Shown: positions 21,219 through 31,831, numbered from the stretch's first letter. The stretch: 64,000 nucleotides of DNA from Spirochaetia bacterium (GCA_965198005.1 CBDAOI010000004.1:672001-736000), one strand, 5' to 3'. The notes: generated from the sequence alone by a model not told the origin. Numbers and translations are program-made.

Positions 21219-23030
21219 ATGAACATTGCAAAAATTAGTATGACCTTCGCGGTAGCGTTGGTCCTGGTGCTGACCGCAACCGGCCTCTGGGCCGGTGGCG
21301 CAGAAGACGAGCCGGCGGCCGCTGCCGACAAGAAGTACGTGACCGACCCCACCACCGGCAAGGTGGTGGTGGCGCCAGAGTACGGCGGGACATTAACCTA
21401 TGCCTGGGGTGGAAGAGTAAGCGATAATCAAGACCCCTTTGTTGTTGGCATGGAAGCGGGCTGGCTCATAGACGGTGTTAATGAGCGACTCGCCATCGGG
21501 GACTGGGCAATAGATAGGGACGAATTTGACTTTAAAACGGATTATACCGAGTTTTTTGCCTTAACATGGGGTCTGGCGGAAAGCTGGGAAACGCCCGACC
21601 CACTGACTTACATCTTCCACATCCGTCAGGGCGTTCACTACGCCCTTGATCAAGACAGTGAGGCCAGCCGCTTAGTAAACGGGCGGGAGCTAACTGCCGA
21701 TGATGTCGTATATACCTTGCAGCGTAATAACGTTCTGGGTGACTTCACCGAACGTCCGCAGAGGTCTTTTGCGGTTATCAACCTGCCATGGGAATCGATA
21801 GAGGCTATCGACAAATATACGGTTGTTATGAAGATGACGGAGCCATCCCCCGGTGCACTAATGACTATCATCAGCGAACACATGCAGTGGATACTACCCC
21901 CCGAGGTAATCGAGCAATACGGCGACTATAGTGATTGGAAGAACGTGGTCGGCACCGGGCCCCTTATACTGACTGACTATGTCGAAGGCGTCTCTAAAAC
22001 CTATACCAAGAATCCCAACTACTGGGGCTACGACGAAAAATACCCGGAGAACCGCTTGCCCTATGTTGACGAGATAAGGGCCCTCCTTATGGCAGAAGAA
22101 GCAACACGTATATCGGCACTACGCACGGGTAAGATTGATATATTACAACACACCGGCGGTGCTATAAGATCCCTCGACGTGGTAAGGAGCCTCCAGAAGA
22201 CCAACCCCGAAATCGAGGTGCACACTTATTACCAGCGGGCGTTTCAGTCTTTTACTCTGAACATTCGCAACGCGCCCTTTGACGACGTCAGGGTGCGCCA
22301 CGCACTGCAGATGGCACTGGACCTCGAGACGATTAACGATACCTACTATGCCGGTTATGCAAGGTTGGAAGACCCTAGGTGGAATAGCACCAAGGGGTAT
22401 TACACCCCCTTTGAAGAGTGGCCTGAAGAGCTCAAGCAATACTACAGGTATGACCCGGAAGGTGCTGAGAAGCTCCTTGATGAGGCTGGATATCCGCGCG
22501 GCGCGGACGGCGTTCGATTCCAGACCACCCTGCAGCACCGCGACGTCATAGATTTGGGCTATGCGGAAATAGCTGCCGGCTACTGGGCTGATATTGGCGT
22601 TGATCTAACGATTAATGTTCTTGACCCGCCGACTTATGTGGCTAATAGAGGAGAACATAATTATGAGATGTCCAAAGGCGACATGGCGTTTTCTGGGAAC
22701 CCTGCCATATTCATAGGCTTTTATCGCGCGGACACCCTATTTCTGCGCGAATGGTTGGGCGGAGTCGAGACCCCTGAGCTGACCGCCGCCTATGATGCCT
22801 TTTTCGCCGCTACCACCGTTGAGGGGCAGATGAAGGCATTTAGAGAGTTTGATATGGCCCTGGTTAAGCAGCACAATCAGATATGGGGTCCTCTGGCTCC
22901 ACAGTTTCAGGCGAACCAGCCGTGGGTCGAAGGTTTTAACGGTGAATTCGGGATAGGAGAGCTGCAGTATCATACCATCCTCGCCCGCCTCTGGATTGAT
23001 AGTGAGCTGAAGGAAGCAATGGGTCATTAG
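21219..23030 (+). CDS. ABC transporter substrate-binding protein, family 5 (SBP2)
   Basis: Paralog of SBP1 with the same motifs and the same 603-aa length. Confidence 0.93.
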   Translation: MNIAKISMTFAVALVLVLTATGLWAGGAEDEPAAAADKKYVTDPTTGKVVVAPEYGGTLTYAWGGRVSDNQDPFVVGMEAGWLIDGVNERLAIGDWAIDRDEFDFKTDYTEFFALTWGLAESWETPDPLTYIFHIRQGVHYALDQDSEASRLVNGRELTADDVVYTLQRNNVLGDFTERPQRSFAVINLPWESIEAIDKYTVVMKMTEPSPGALMTIISEHMQWILPPEVIEQYGDYSDWKNVVGTGPLILTDYVEGVSKTYTKNPNYWGYDEKYPENRLPYVDEIRALLMAEEATRISALRTGKIDILQHTGGAIRSLDVVRSLQKTNPEIEVHTYYQRAFQSFTLNIRNAPFDDVRVRHALQMALDLETINDTYYAGYARLEDPRWNSTKGYYTPFEEWPEELKQYYRYDPEGAEKLLDEAGYPRGADGVRFQTTLQHRDVIDLGYAEIAAGYWADIGVDLTINVLDPPTYVANRGEHNYEMSKGDMAFSGNPAIFIGFYRADTLFLREWLGGVETPELTAAYDAFFAATTVEGQMKAFREFDMALVKQHNQIWGPLAPQFQANQPWVEGFNGEFGIGELQYHTILARLWIDSELKEAMGH

Positions 23031-23106
23031 GCGTTTCGCCCCTTATGGCTGACGTCAGGGGAAAAGGGGAGCTGGGGGGCTTAAGCCTCCCGGCTCCCAC
23101 ACACGA

Positions 23107-23460
23107 TGTCATTGCGAGGCGCGCTTTCTTACTGTCATTCCTGGCGGAGACCCGGAATCTAGAAAACGCAACCATTTGAAATTACTCTGGATTCCGCCTT
23201 TCGGCGGAATGACGGGGGAATCAAGGGGGACACCACCTTGAACCCCCGTTTCAAAGGGGTTTCACCCCTCTGCACTCCCCAAAGCGGTGAGAGGCGAGTT
23301 TCCCGGCAGGGGTCATTCGCACCTTAGAGAGTGCCGCGCCCTTCAGTGGAAGGGGCCGGAAAGACGTGGAAGGTGGATTCCGGTTTTCACCGGAATGACG
23401 CGAGCCTGCCCCGTACCTGATACGGGGTTGGGATATATACCGCAATGACGGGGAAATGGC
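23107..23460. repeat. REP-like palindrome cluster, copy 2
   Basis: GTCATTCC...GGAATC / GATTCC...GGAATGAC; extra CCCCGTACCTGATACGGGG palindrome. Confidence 0.8.
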
Positions 23461-23475
23461 AAGGAAGAGTGTCAC

Positions 23476-24002
23476 ATGAGAGCCTACATCATTCGGCGGC
23501 TGCTGCTGGTCATCCCCACGTTGTTCATTCTGAGCGTGTTGGTGTTCCTGTCCGTCCGCTTCATCCCCGGCGACGTCATCGACGTTATAGCCGGTCGCAT
23601 GGCATTCACCGGAGGCGGCCAGCTCGACCGCGCGACCATCGAACAGCGGCTCGGCCTTGACCTGCCGATCCACGTGCAGTACGGCCGCTGGATCGGCGGC
23701 ATCCTCCTGCGCGGCACCCTCGGCGAGTCGCTGCTGGGAGGTTGGCGCATCGAGGAGCGCATGCTGGGACGACTGCCGGTCACCGCCGAGCTCGGGCTGC
23801 TGGCCATCCTCATCGGCCTGGTCATCGCGCTGCCGGTGGGCATCTACTCGGCGGTGCGCCAGTACACCGCCGCCGACTATGTGGGACGGTCGGTCGCCAT
23901 CATGGGGCTGGCGACGCCCAACTTCTGGCTGGGAACCATGGTGATGATCTACCCCGCCATCTGGTGGGCGTGGTCGCCACCGATGGAGCTGGTGCCGTTC
24001 GC
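23476..24002 (+). pseudogene. DppB-like permease 2, 3'-truncated
   Basis: Similarity to DppB-1 ends at MELVPFA (about 24002). Confidence 0.9.
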
Positions 24003-24167
24003 TACTATCCGGGACTTTCGTACGTAAACATTCGGTTCACTGGTATCCCCGAGGGTAGTGAGTAAGCGCGCTGGCGCGCTGAACGGTAACCACTGACACT
24101 CAAGTTTCTGAAATTTCGACTGGACACTCCCGAATTCGGGTGTTAGATTCTTGTAGGCGAGAGCTGG

Positions 24168-25820
24168 ATGAGGGGAACTGCTCGGCACACTGACGAGGAA
24201 CGGCGCGGGGAGCGCTGCGCGGGGGGATGTGTCCACGTGGTAGCGAAACTGCGGCGGGAGAACCTGGAGCTCAAGCAGCAGGCGGGGTACTACCGGGCGC
24301 TGCACCGCAAAGCGGTGGCGCGCGAGCGGCGACTGAAAGAGCAGCTGAGCGGGGTGCGGACGAAGGCCCGGGAGTTGCGGCAGCAGCTGCGGGAACGGCG
24401 GGCGCGGCGCAACAACAAGAGCGAGAAGCGCGCCAAGAGCGGCAGCGGCAGCAGCGGCAGCGAGGCGGCGGCAGCGCCGCGCCCGCGGGGCCAGCAACCC
24501 GGGTCGAGTGGGCATGGCCGGCGCGACCACTCAGCGCTGCCGGCGCAGGAGGAACACCACAAGCTGGAGCCGAACGCGCGCTGCTGTCCCCAGTGTGGCG
24601 GGGAGTACGGCGCGGCCGGCAGCGAGGACTCCGAGGTGCTGGAGATTGAAGTGCGCGCCCACCGGCGGGTGATCAAGCGCCAGCGGTACCACTGCAGTTG
24701 CGAGTGCGCCGGGGTGCCGCGGGTGCTCACCGCGCCGGCGCCGCCACGGCTGATTCCGAAGGGGATTCTGGGGGTCTCGATCTGGGTGCAGGTGCTGCTC
24801 GACAAGTACCGCTTTCACCGACCGACCTATCGGCTGCTGGAAGACCTGAGCACGCATGGCCTGGAGCTTGCGCAAGGCACCGTCACCGACGGCCTGAAAC
24901 GGCTGGCGCCGCTGTTTGCGCCGCTGCTGGAGGCGCTGCGCGCGCGCAACCTCCAGGGTGACCACTGGCATGCCGACGAGACCGGCTGGTACGTGTTTGA
25001 AGCGACTGACGAGCAGGCTGGCCAGCGCTGGTGTCTGTGGGTGTTCTGGGGTCGTGAGGCGGTGGTGTTCACCCTTGATCGGACGCGCTCGGCGCGGGTG
25101 CCGAAGGAGCATTTTGCGGGGGTGGCGGGAGGCATCGTGAGTGTCGACCGGTATTCCTCCTACAAACGGTTGGCCAAGGACACCCCGCTGGAATTGCAGT
25201 ACTGCTGGGCGCATGTTCGACGCGATTTTATCCGCGTGGCCGAGAAATGGGACGAGCACCGGGAATGGGGCGAGCAGTGGCTGGAGCTGATCGGCGAGCT
25301 GTATCACTTGAATGCTGTACGCCTGCCGGTGTGCAACGACCCCGTACAGTGGGCTGCGGCCGACGCGGCGCTGCGCGCGGCGGTGACAGCGATGGCGCAG
25401 CGGTTGGAGCGCGAACTGGCACAGCCGAAGCTGCATCAGGTGCGCAAGAAAGTGCTTACCAGTCTGCGCAACCACTGGTCAGGGCTGATCCGGTTCGTCG
25501 ACCAGCCCGCTATCCCGATGGACAACAATCAGGCCGAACGCGCGTTGCGTGGGCCGGTGGTGGGGCGCAAGAACTACTACGGCTCGGGGGCGACCTGGAG
25601 CGGTGAGTTGACCGCCACGCTGTTCAGCCTGTTCCACACGCTCGAGTTGTGGCAGATCAACCCGCGCATTTGGCTGACCGAGTACCTGAATGCATGCGCC
25701 GCCGCCGGCAGTCGGGTGCCGGAGGACTTTGAGCGCTTCCTGCCCTGGAACCGCCGCGACCGGCAAGCACCGCGCGCCTCGCCAGCCCCGCCAGGGGCTG
25801 CCCCGCAGCGCGCCGCCTGA
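24168..25820 (+). CDS. IS66-family DDE transposase (TnpC-like)
   Basis: Coiled coil; CPQCGG zinc finger; HADETGW, VSVDRYSSY, CWAHVRRDF, MDNNQAERALR. Confidence 0.93.
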   Translation: MRGTARHTDEERRGERCAGGCVHVVAKLRRENLELKQQAGYYRALHRKAVARERRLKEQLSGVRTKARELRQQLRERRARRNNKSEKRAKSGSGSSGSEAAAAPRPRGQQPGSSGHGRRDHSALPAQEEHHKLEPNARCCPQCGGEYGAAGSEDSEVLEIEVRAHRRVIKRQRYHCSCECAGVPRVLTAPAPPRLIPKGILGVSIWVQVLLDKYRFHRPTYRLLEDLSTHGLELAQGTVTDGLKRLAPLFAPLLEALRARNLQGDHWHADETGWYVFEATDEQAGQRWCLWVFWGREAVVFTLDRTRSARVPKEHFAGVAGGIVSVDRYSSYKRLAKDTPLELQYCWAHVRRDFIRVAEKWDEHREWGEQWLELIGELYHLNAVRLPVCNDPVQWAAADAALRAAVTAMAQRLERELAQPKLHQVRKKVLTSLRNHWSGLIRFVDQPAIPMDNNQAERALRGPVVGRKNYYGSGATWSGELTATLFSLFHTLELWQINPRIWLTEYLNACAAAGSRVPEDFERFLPWNRRDRQAPRASPAPPGAAPQRAA

Positions 25821-25825
25821 CGCTG

Positions 25826-26707
25826 GTGCGCTACTGCGGGCGCACCTTCAGCGCGCAGGAGCTGGAGTTGATCCGCAGCCTCATGGCCGAGCATCCGGGC
25901 CACCATCGGCTGGCCCTGTCGCGGCTGGTCTGCGAACGGCTCGACTGGCGGCGCCCCAACGGGGGACTGAAGGATATGAGTTGTCGGGTCGCCCTGCTGC
26001 GCATGCACCGTGCCGGCCTGATCCAACTACCCCCACCACGGCAGGCCTGCTACAACGGCCGCCTGCGGCGTCGCCGCACGCCGCAGGCAGAGCCCCAATC
26101 ACCGATCACCGGCAGCCTCCAGGGGCTGTCCGAACTGCACCTGCGCCCGCTCGCCACGGGCGCCGAAGCGGCGCTCTGGCGCGAGTACGTGGACCGCTAC
26201 CATTACCTCGGCTACACCCCGCTGGCGGGAGCACAACTGCGCTATCTGGTGCTCAGCGGGCCGCAGGTGCTCGCCGTGCTGGGGTTTGCCGCCTGCGCCT
26301 GGAAGGTGGCGCCGCGCGACCGGTTCATCGGCTGGAGTGCGGCCCAACGCGAGGCCCGCTTGCCGCTCGTGGTCAACAACGCCCGCTTCCTGATCCTGCC
26401 GTGGGTGCAGGTCAAGAACCTCGCCTCCTGGGTGCTCGCGCGCAGCTGCCGCCGGTTGCCGGAGGACTGGCACAGCCGCTACGGCTACCGCCCCCTGCTG
26501 CTGGAGACCTTCGTCCAGTCCGATCGGTTCGTCGGCACCAGCTACCGTGCCGCCAATTGGATCCACGTCGGGCAAACCCAAGGCCGCGGCAAACTCGATG
26601 TCCACAACCAACACGCTCTGCCCAAGAAGGACATCTGGCTCTATCCGCTCCGCCGCGATTTCCGCCGCCGCCTCTGCGCCCCGCTCGATCCTCACCCCAA
26701 CCAGTAG
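25826..26707 (+). CDS. DUF4338 (Druantia DruA-like) domain protein
   Basis: YHYLGY..LAGAQLRY, AWKVAPRDRFIGWS, VVNNARFLILPWV..KNLAS, LLETFV...GTSYRAANW..VGQTQGRG. Confidence 0.88.
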   Translation: MRYCGRTFSAQELELIRSLMAEHPGHHRLALSRLVCERLDWRRPNGGLKDMSCRVALLRMHRAGLIQLPPPRQACYNGRLRRRRTPQAEPQSPITGSLQGLSELHLRPLATGAEAALWREYVDRYHYLGYTPLAGAQLRYLVLSGPQVLAVLGFAACAWKVAPRDRFIGWSAAQREARLPLVVNNARFLILPWVQVKNLASWVLARSCRRLPEDWHSRYGYRPLLLETFVQSDRFVGTSYRAANWIHVGQTQGRGKLDVHNQHALPKKDIWLYPLRRDFRRRLCAPLDPHPNQ

Positions 26708-26720
26708 ACCGAATATTTAC

Positions 26721-26851
26721 TTTCGTACGAACGCATCTTCGGTGAGATGGACGACCTGCCCCTGCGCGATGAGGTCTGGCCCGCCTTCCTTCGCGACAAC
26801 GCGATCTCGGTGTTCGGGTTGGAGGACGTGCTGGCGATGTCCGCGTCGTGA
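26721..26851 (+). pseudogene. C-terminal remnant of an amidohydrolase-like gene (continues from 24003-24023)
   Basis: Removing the IS gives YYPGLSYERIFGEMDDLPLRDEVWPAFLRDNAISVFGL...stop. Confidence 0.55.
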
Positions 26852-26942
26852 GGTTGCGCCGCAGGCCCCCGCGCTGCAGGCCCAGGCCCCGCCCCGCCCC
26901 GCCGCATAGACATTTGCGACCACACCTGGCAGATTCTACCGA

Positions 26943-28234
26943 GTGACAAAGTACCCCGACATGTTTCGCGTACGCCAGAAGCTCGAACGCCCGACCCTAG
27001 ACGACATCCCGGCGACCGTCGCCGCCGAGCTGGCGCGGCTGCAGCTCGAGCGCCAGGTGCGCAGCGGGCAGCGCGTGGCCATCACCGTGGGCAGCCGCGG
27101 CATCGCCAACATCGAGATCATTACCCGCGCCATCGTCGACCACTTCAAGGGCCTCGGCGCGCAACCCTTCATCGTGCCGGCCATGGGCAGCCACGGTAGC
27201 GCCACCGCCGCCGGTCAGCGTGCCATCATCGAGTCCTACGGCGTCACCGAGGAATTCGTCGGCTGCCCGATCGAGGCCTCGATGGACACCGTCATCGTCA
27301 CCGAGACGCCCGAAGGCATCCCGGTGCACTTCGACCGGCATGCCTACGAGGCCGACCACGTCTTCGTCGCCGGCCGCGTCAAGCCGCACACCGGGTTCGT
27401 CGGCGACATCGAGTCGGGTCTCATGAAGATGATGCTCATCGGCCTGGGCAAGGCCCGCGGCGCAGCGATCTACCACCGCGCCATCAAGGACTTCAGCTTT
27501 GCCCAGATCATCCGCAGCGTCGCCGGAGTGGTGCTCGAGTCGTGCGCGGTGGTCGGCGGCCTCGGCATCGTCGAGAACGCCTACGACGAGACCGCTCACA
27601 TCGCCGCGGTGGCACCCGGCGAGCTGGAGGCGCGCGAGAAGCAGCTGCTGGTGATGGCCAAGCAGTGGATGCCACGGCTGCCGTTTCGGCAGGCCGACCT
27701 GCTCATCCTGGACGAGATCGGCAAGAACATCAGCGGCTCGGGAATGGACACCAACGTGGTGGGGCGCAAGTTCCGCTCCCACGCAGTGGCCGACGACGAG
27801 TGGCCGACGACGAGTGGCCGAAGATCAAGCTGATAATGGTGCGTGCCCTCACCGAGGAGACCCACGGCAACGGCACCGGCATCGGCCAAGCCGAGTTCGC
27901 AAGCAAGCGCGTGCACGCACAGATCGACATGCAGGCGACGACCATCAACTGCCTTACCGGGGGGTCGCCGATCGGCGCCATGTTGCCGGTCGCCCTCGAC
28001 AGCGACCAGCACACCGTGGACGCCGCGCTGAGCACGCTCGGCCTGGTCGAGCCGCCAGATACGCGCCTGATGTGGATCAGGAACACGCTCCAGGTGGCCG
28101 AGGTCGAGTGTTCGCGTGCCTACCTCGAGGAAGCCTCCACCCGCGACGACCTGGAGATCCTCAGCGACCCGCGCCCACTCCGCTTCGAGCCAGGGCACGT
28201 GCGCGGGTGTGTGGGACCAGACGAACCGCGCTAG
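26943..28234 (+). pseudogene. LarA/lactate-racemase-domain (DUF2088/DUF362-like) protein, frameshifted
   Basis: GSRGIANI, PAMGSHG, RVKPHT, ESGLMKM..IGLGK, GKNISGSGMDTNVVGR; a 14-bp tandem duplication at 27785-27812 shifts the frame. Confidence 0.85.
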
Positions 28235-28254
28235 CCTCGCTGACCGAGAAGTGC

Positions 28255-28435
28255 TTGCACTAACGTGGCCGGCCGGCCATACTCCTCGACGTATGGTGAC
28301 CGACGCCATCCACGCCAGCCGCCGGCTACCGGTGACGCACCGCGGTGGGTCGCGCTTGACACGGATTTGGGCGGGCCTTTATACTCGTCCGCGTATGGGC
28401 ACTGACGCCATCCAGCCCAGCCGCCGGCTAGCGGT
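28255..28435 (+). promoter_or_regulatory. Two tandem, duplicated promoter units upstream of SBP3
   Basis: TTGCAC-17-CATACT (28255-28283) and TTGACA-18-TATACT (28356-28385), each followed by CGTATGG...GACGCCATCCA..CCAGCCGCCGGCTA.CGGT. Confidence 0.7.
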
Positions 28436-28859
28436 CCCCCCCCCCCCCCCCGACCGACTACTTACCGACTTACCGCGCGCCGCTAGCGGTTTAGCCAACC
28501 GCGCGACCACCGACCGCGCGGCGCCGGTGCTGACCGCGGCACCATCGATCCGCGTGGCATACACCCGCCACGCATCCGTCCGTCCAACGGCCGACCATGT
28601 CGGCCGACTCCACCAGTCCACACCAACCGGCTCTGCCGGCAGCAAGAAGCAGATGGCTCACGTGCACCACCGCCACCGGGCGTGGCGGGGCGCATGCATG
28701 CCCTTCGGCGCGGCAGGCGTCAAAGGAGGCACGGGATAAAGGACTAACGCAGCGACCGAGCGGCTGCGGCCGCTAAAGGGAGTCGCCCTCGTTCGACGAG
28801 AGCGGGCGAGGGGCCGGCAGTGGAATCAATGCTCTCAAATTATACCTGAAGGAGTCTCT

Positions 28860-30650
28860 ATGAGACGAACATTTTTTTATAAAGGCGTCGCGATAGTGTG
28901 CGGCCTGGTGCTGACCGCAACCGGCCTCTGGGCCGCCGGCAGCAGCGACACCGACGACTCGGCGGCCGCCGCCGAGAAAGAAATGGTGCTCGACCCCACC
29001 ACCGGCGAGATGGTGACCGCGCCGGCGTACGGCGGGACGTTCACCTACGTCAACAAGCTCGAGCCTGAGAATATTGACCCATATTTCCGGTACATCGCGG
29101 GACACACGATCTCGCTCGTTAATGAGAGGCTAGGCATCGCGAACTGGGCATTAGATAGGGACGAATTTGACTATAGCACAATTTACATCCCTGATTTTGC
29201 CGTAAAAGGGCGCCTGGCTGAAAGCTGGGAAACGCCCGATCCACTAACTATTATCTTCCACATCCGCCAGGGCGTTCACTGGCACGACAAGGCACCGATG
29301 AACGGTCGCGAGCTGACTGCCTCGGATATCGAATTTAGCTGGCAGCGCCTATTGGGACTGGGCAGCGGATTCACCGAACCTGGTTTCGATGTTAACGTCG
29401 GGAACTTCAATGTTGAATCGATAGAAGCCACCGACAAATATACGGTTGTCTTTAAGATGAATTCGATAACCCTCGGTGCGCTGAAGGAAATTCTCATTGG
29501 GAATCACTCTCATATAATGGCCCGCGAGATAGTGGAGCAATACGGCGACGTTACGGATTGGAGGAATGTGGTCGGCACCGGGCCCTTTGAGCTGACTGAC
29601 TGGGTGGAGGGCAGCTCTACCACCTATACCAAGAATCCTGACTACTGGGGCTTCGACGAAAAATACCCGGAGAATCGCCTGCCCTATGTTGACGAGATAA
29701 GGGCCCTGATTACGAAGGACGAAGCGACAGTTCTGTCGTTAATGCGCACGGGTAAGGCTGATTTCATCGGTAAGGCGGGCGCCTCTCAGCTAGCTAGTAT
29801 GGACGCGGCAATGAGCCTTCAGCGGACCAACCCCGAAATGAACCTGTGGCCATATTCAATTCGTTCGCAACACTCTCTTAGTTTTAACGTACAGAGGCCG
29901 CCCTTTGATGACGTCAGGGTGCGCCGCGCAATACAGATGGCAATCGACTTTGAGACAATCAACGCGACCTACTTTCAAGGTTGGGCAGGTACGACACCTA
30001 CGGGGCATGTAGGGAGAGCTCTTATCGGGTATTACACCCCTTTTGCAGAGTGGCCCGAGGAACTCAAGCAAAACTACAGGTATGACCTGAAAGGGGCAGA
30101 AGCGTTGCTCGATGAGGCTGGATATCCGCGCGGCGCCGACGACATTCGATTCCAGACCGTCTTGGATGTCTCCGAGTCCTACGATTTAGACTATTACCAG
30201 ATAGTCATGGAATACTTGCGTGCCATTGGCATTGGTGTAGAGGTCAAGGTACATGACCGAACCGGTTATAGCGCTCGAGAAGATAGGCATGAGGGTCTGT
30301 TTGGTGAAAACTACGACACCGACTATTCTCCCCCCACCGCGTCAATACACCAAACTTACTCGACCGCAGGATGGAACACTCCCAACGTCAATGACCCGGT
30401 TTATGACCCCAAGTATGAGGCCGCCGCAGCCGCTACCACGATTGAGGAGCAGCAGAGGCTGGTTAGAGAGGCAGATATGTACATCATAGAGAAGCACTGG
30501 TGGGTGTCGGGTCCGAGAGTTCCTGCTTTTTCAGTGTCCCAGCCGTGGGTCATCGGTTATAACGGTGAAGCCGAATTCGGAAGCAATGACTACATCTTCT
30601 TATCCCGCCTCTGGATTGATAGTGCGCTGAAGGCAGAAATGGGCTATTAG
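28860..30650 (+). CDS. ABC transporter substrate-binding protein, family 5 (SBP3)
   Basis: Paralog of SBP1/2; RBS GAAGGAG; GVHWHDKAPMNGRELTA, DYWGFDEKYPENRLPYVD. Confidence 0.93.
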   Translation: MRRTFFYKGVAIVCGLVLTATGLWAAGSSDTDDSAAAAEKEMVLDPTTGEMVTAPAYGGTFTYVNKLEPENIDPYFRYIAGHTISLVNERLGIANWALDRDEFDYSTIYIPDFAVKGRLAESWETPDPLTIIFHIRQGVHWHDKAPMNGRELTASDIEFSWQRLLGLGSGFTEPGFDVNVGNFNVESIEATDKYTVVFKMNSITLGALKEILIGNHSHIMAREIVEQYGDVTDWRNVVGTGPFELTDWVEGSSTTYTKNPDYWGFDEKYPENRLPYVDEIRALITKDEATVLSLMRTGKADFIGKAGASQLASMDAAMSLQRTNPEMNLWPYSIRSQHSLSFNVQRPPFDDVRVRRAIQMAIDFETINATYFQGWAGTTPTGHVGRALIGYYTPFAEWPEELKQNYRYDLKGAEALLDEAGYPRGADDIRFQTVLDVSESYDLDYYQIVMEYLRAIGIGVEVKVHDRTGYSAREDRHEGLFGENYDTDYSPPTASIHQTYSTAGWNTPNVNDPVYDPKYEAAAAATTIEEQQRLVREADMYIIEKHWWVSGPRVPAFSVSQPWVIGYNGEAEFGSNDYIFLSRLWIDSALKAEMGY

Positions 30651-30871
30651 GGGCTTCACCCCTTGTAGCTTAGCTCAGGGGAAAGGGAGCTGGGAGGCTG
30701 TCGCCTGCAGGCGCGCTCCCCAGCTCCCTCATGAGGACCGCGAGGTGCGCGGTTGAAGCGAAACATGTTTTCTGCTGACTCGCCCCCGATGCGTCCCCAT
30801 CAACCACCGCCGGCAGTGCGAGAGCATAAGCTGGACCCGCGGGAGCTCCTTCTCGGCATCGGTTTCATCAC

Positions 30872-31831
30872 ATGAGAGCCTATATCATCAGGCGGTTATT
30901 GCTCATAATCCCCACCTTGTTTATCTTGAGCATCCTGGTCTTCCTCTCGGTCCGCTTCATCCCCGGCGATGTAGTAGACACAATGGTGGCTGAAATGATA
31001 TACGACGTGGGCGGCCACATAGACCGTGAAGCTCTTCTCCATAAGATGGGATTAGACGTGCCGGTTCACGTGCAGTATGGACGCTGGCTAGGCGGTATTT
31101 TCCTGCACGGCACCCTTGGCAATTCACTGCTTGGCAATTATTCGGTAGAGGAGAGGATAATAGGTAGATTGCCGGTGACCATTGCGCTTGGCGGCCTGGC
31201 AATCATCATCGGGCTGGCGATAGCCCTGCCAGTCGGCATATACTCGGCGATTCGCCAGGATTCGGCCGCCGACTACCTGGGGCGTTCGGTCGCCATCATC
31301 GGCATGGCAACGCCTAACTTCTGGCTGGCAATCATGGTCTTGCTCTACCCAGCAATCTGGTGGGGCTGGTCGCCACCGCTGGAGCTGGTTCCTTTCACCG
31401 AAGACCCGCTGGGGAATCTCGGGGTGTTCATCATTCCCAGCCTGATTCTGGGGACGGCCGCTGCTGCAAGCACAATGAGGATGACGCGCACCATGATGCT
31501 GGAGGTGCTCCGGCAGGACTATATCAGAACCGGCTGGGCCAAGGGTCTCAACGAGAGGGTAGTTGTTATGAGACACGCCATCAAGAATGCTCTCATCCCG
31601 GTGGTTACGTTGATAGGCCTGCAGTTGCCTATCCTGGTAGGTGGCTCCGTTATCATGGAGAACATATTTAACCTGCCGGGGCTGGGTCGTCTCTTTGTGA
31701 TAGCACTCGAAGACAGAGACTACCCTGTGGTCTCCGGAATCAACCTGTTTGTTGCCACCGCGGTGGTGCTGTTCAATCTCCTCATCGACCTGGTCTATGC
31801 GTATTTGGACCCGAGGGTTAGGTATGAATAA
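30872..31831 (+). CDS. Dpp/Opp-type ABC permease (DppB-like 3)
   Basis: Full-length paralog of 17245-18207. Confidence 0.93.
   Translation: MRAYIIRRLLLIIPTLFILSILVFLSVRFIPGDVVDTMVAEMIYDVGGHIDREALLHKMGLDVPVHVQYGRWLGGIFLHGTLGNSLLGNYSVEERIIGRLPVTIALGGLAIIIGLAIALPVGIYSAIRQDSAADYLGRSVAIIGMATPNFWLAIMVLLYPAIWWGWSPPLELVPFTEDPLGNLGVFIIPSLILGTAAAASTMRMTRTMMLEVLRQDYIRTGWAKGLNERVVVMRHAIKNALIPVVTLIGLQLPILVGGSVIMENIFNLPGLGRLFVIALEDRDYPVVSGINLFVATAVVLFNLLIDLVYAYLDPRVRYE

Larger units (their letters stand above)
24024..26720 (+). mobile_element. IS66-family element carrying a DUF4338 gene
   Basis: Inverted repeats GTAAACATTCGGTTCACTGG / CCAGTAGACCGAATATTTAC; 8-bp direct repeat TTTCGTAC at 24016-24023 and 26721-26728. 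Confidence 0.93.
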
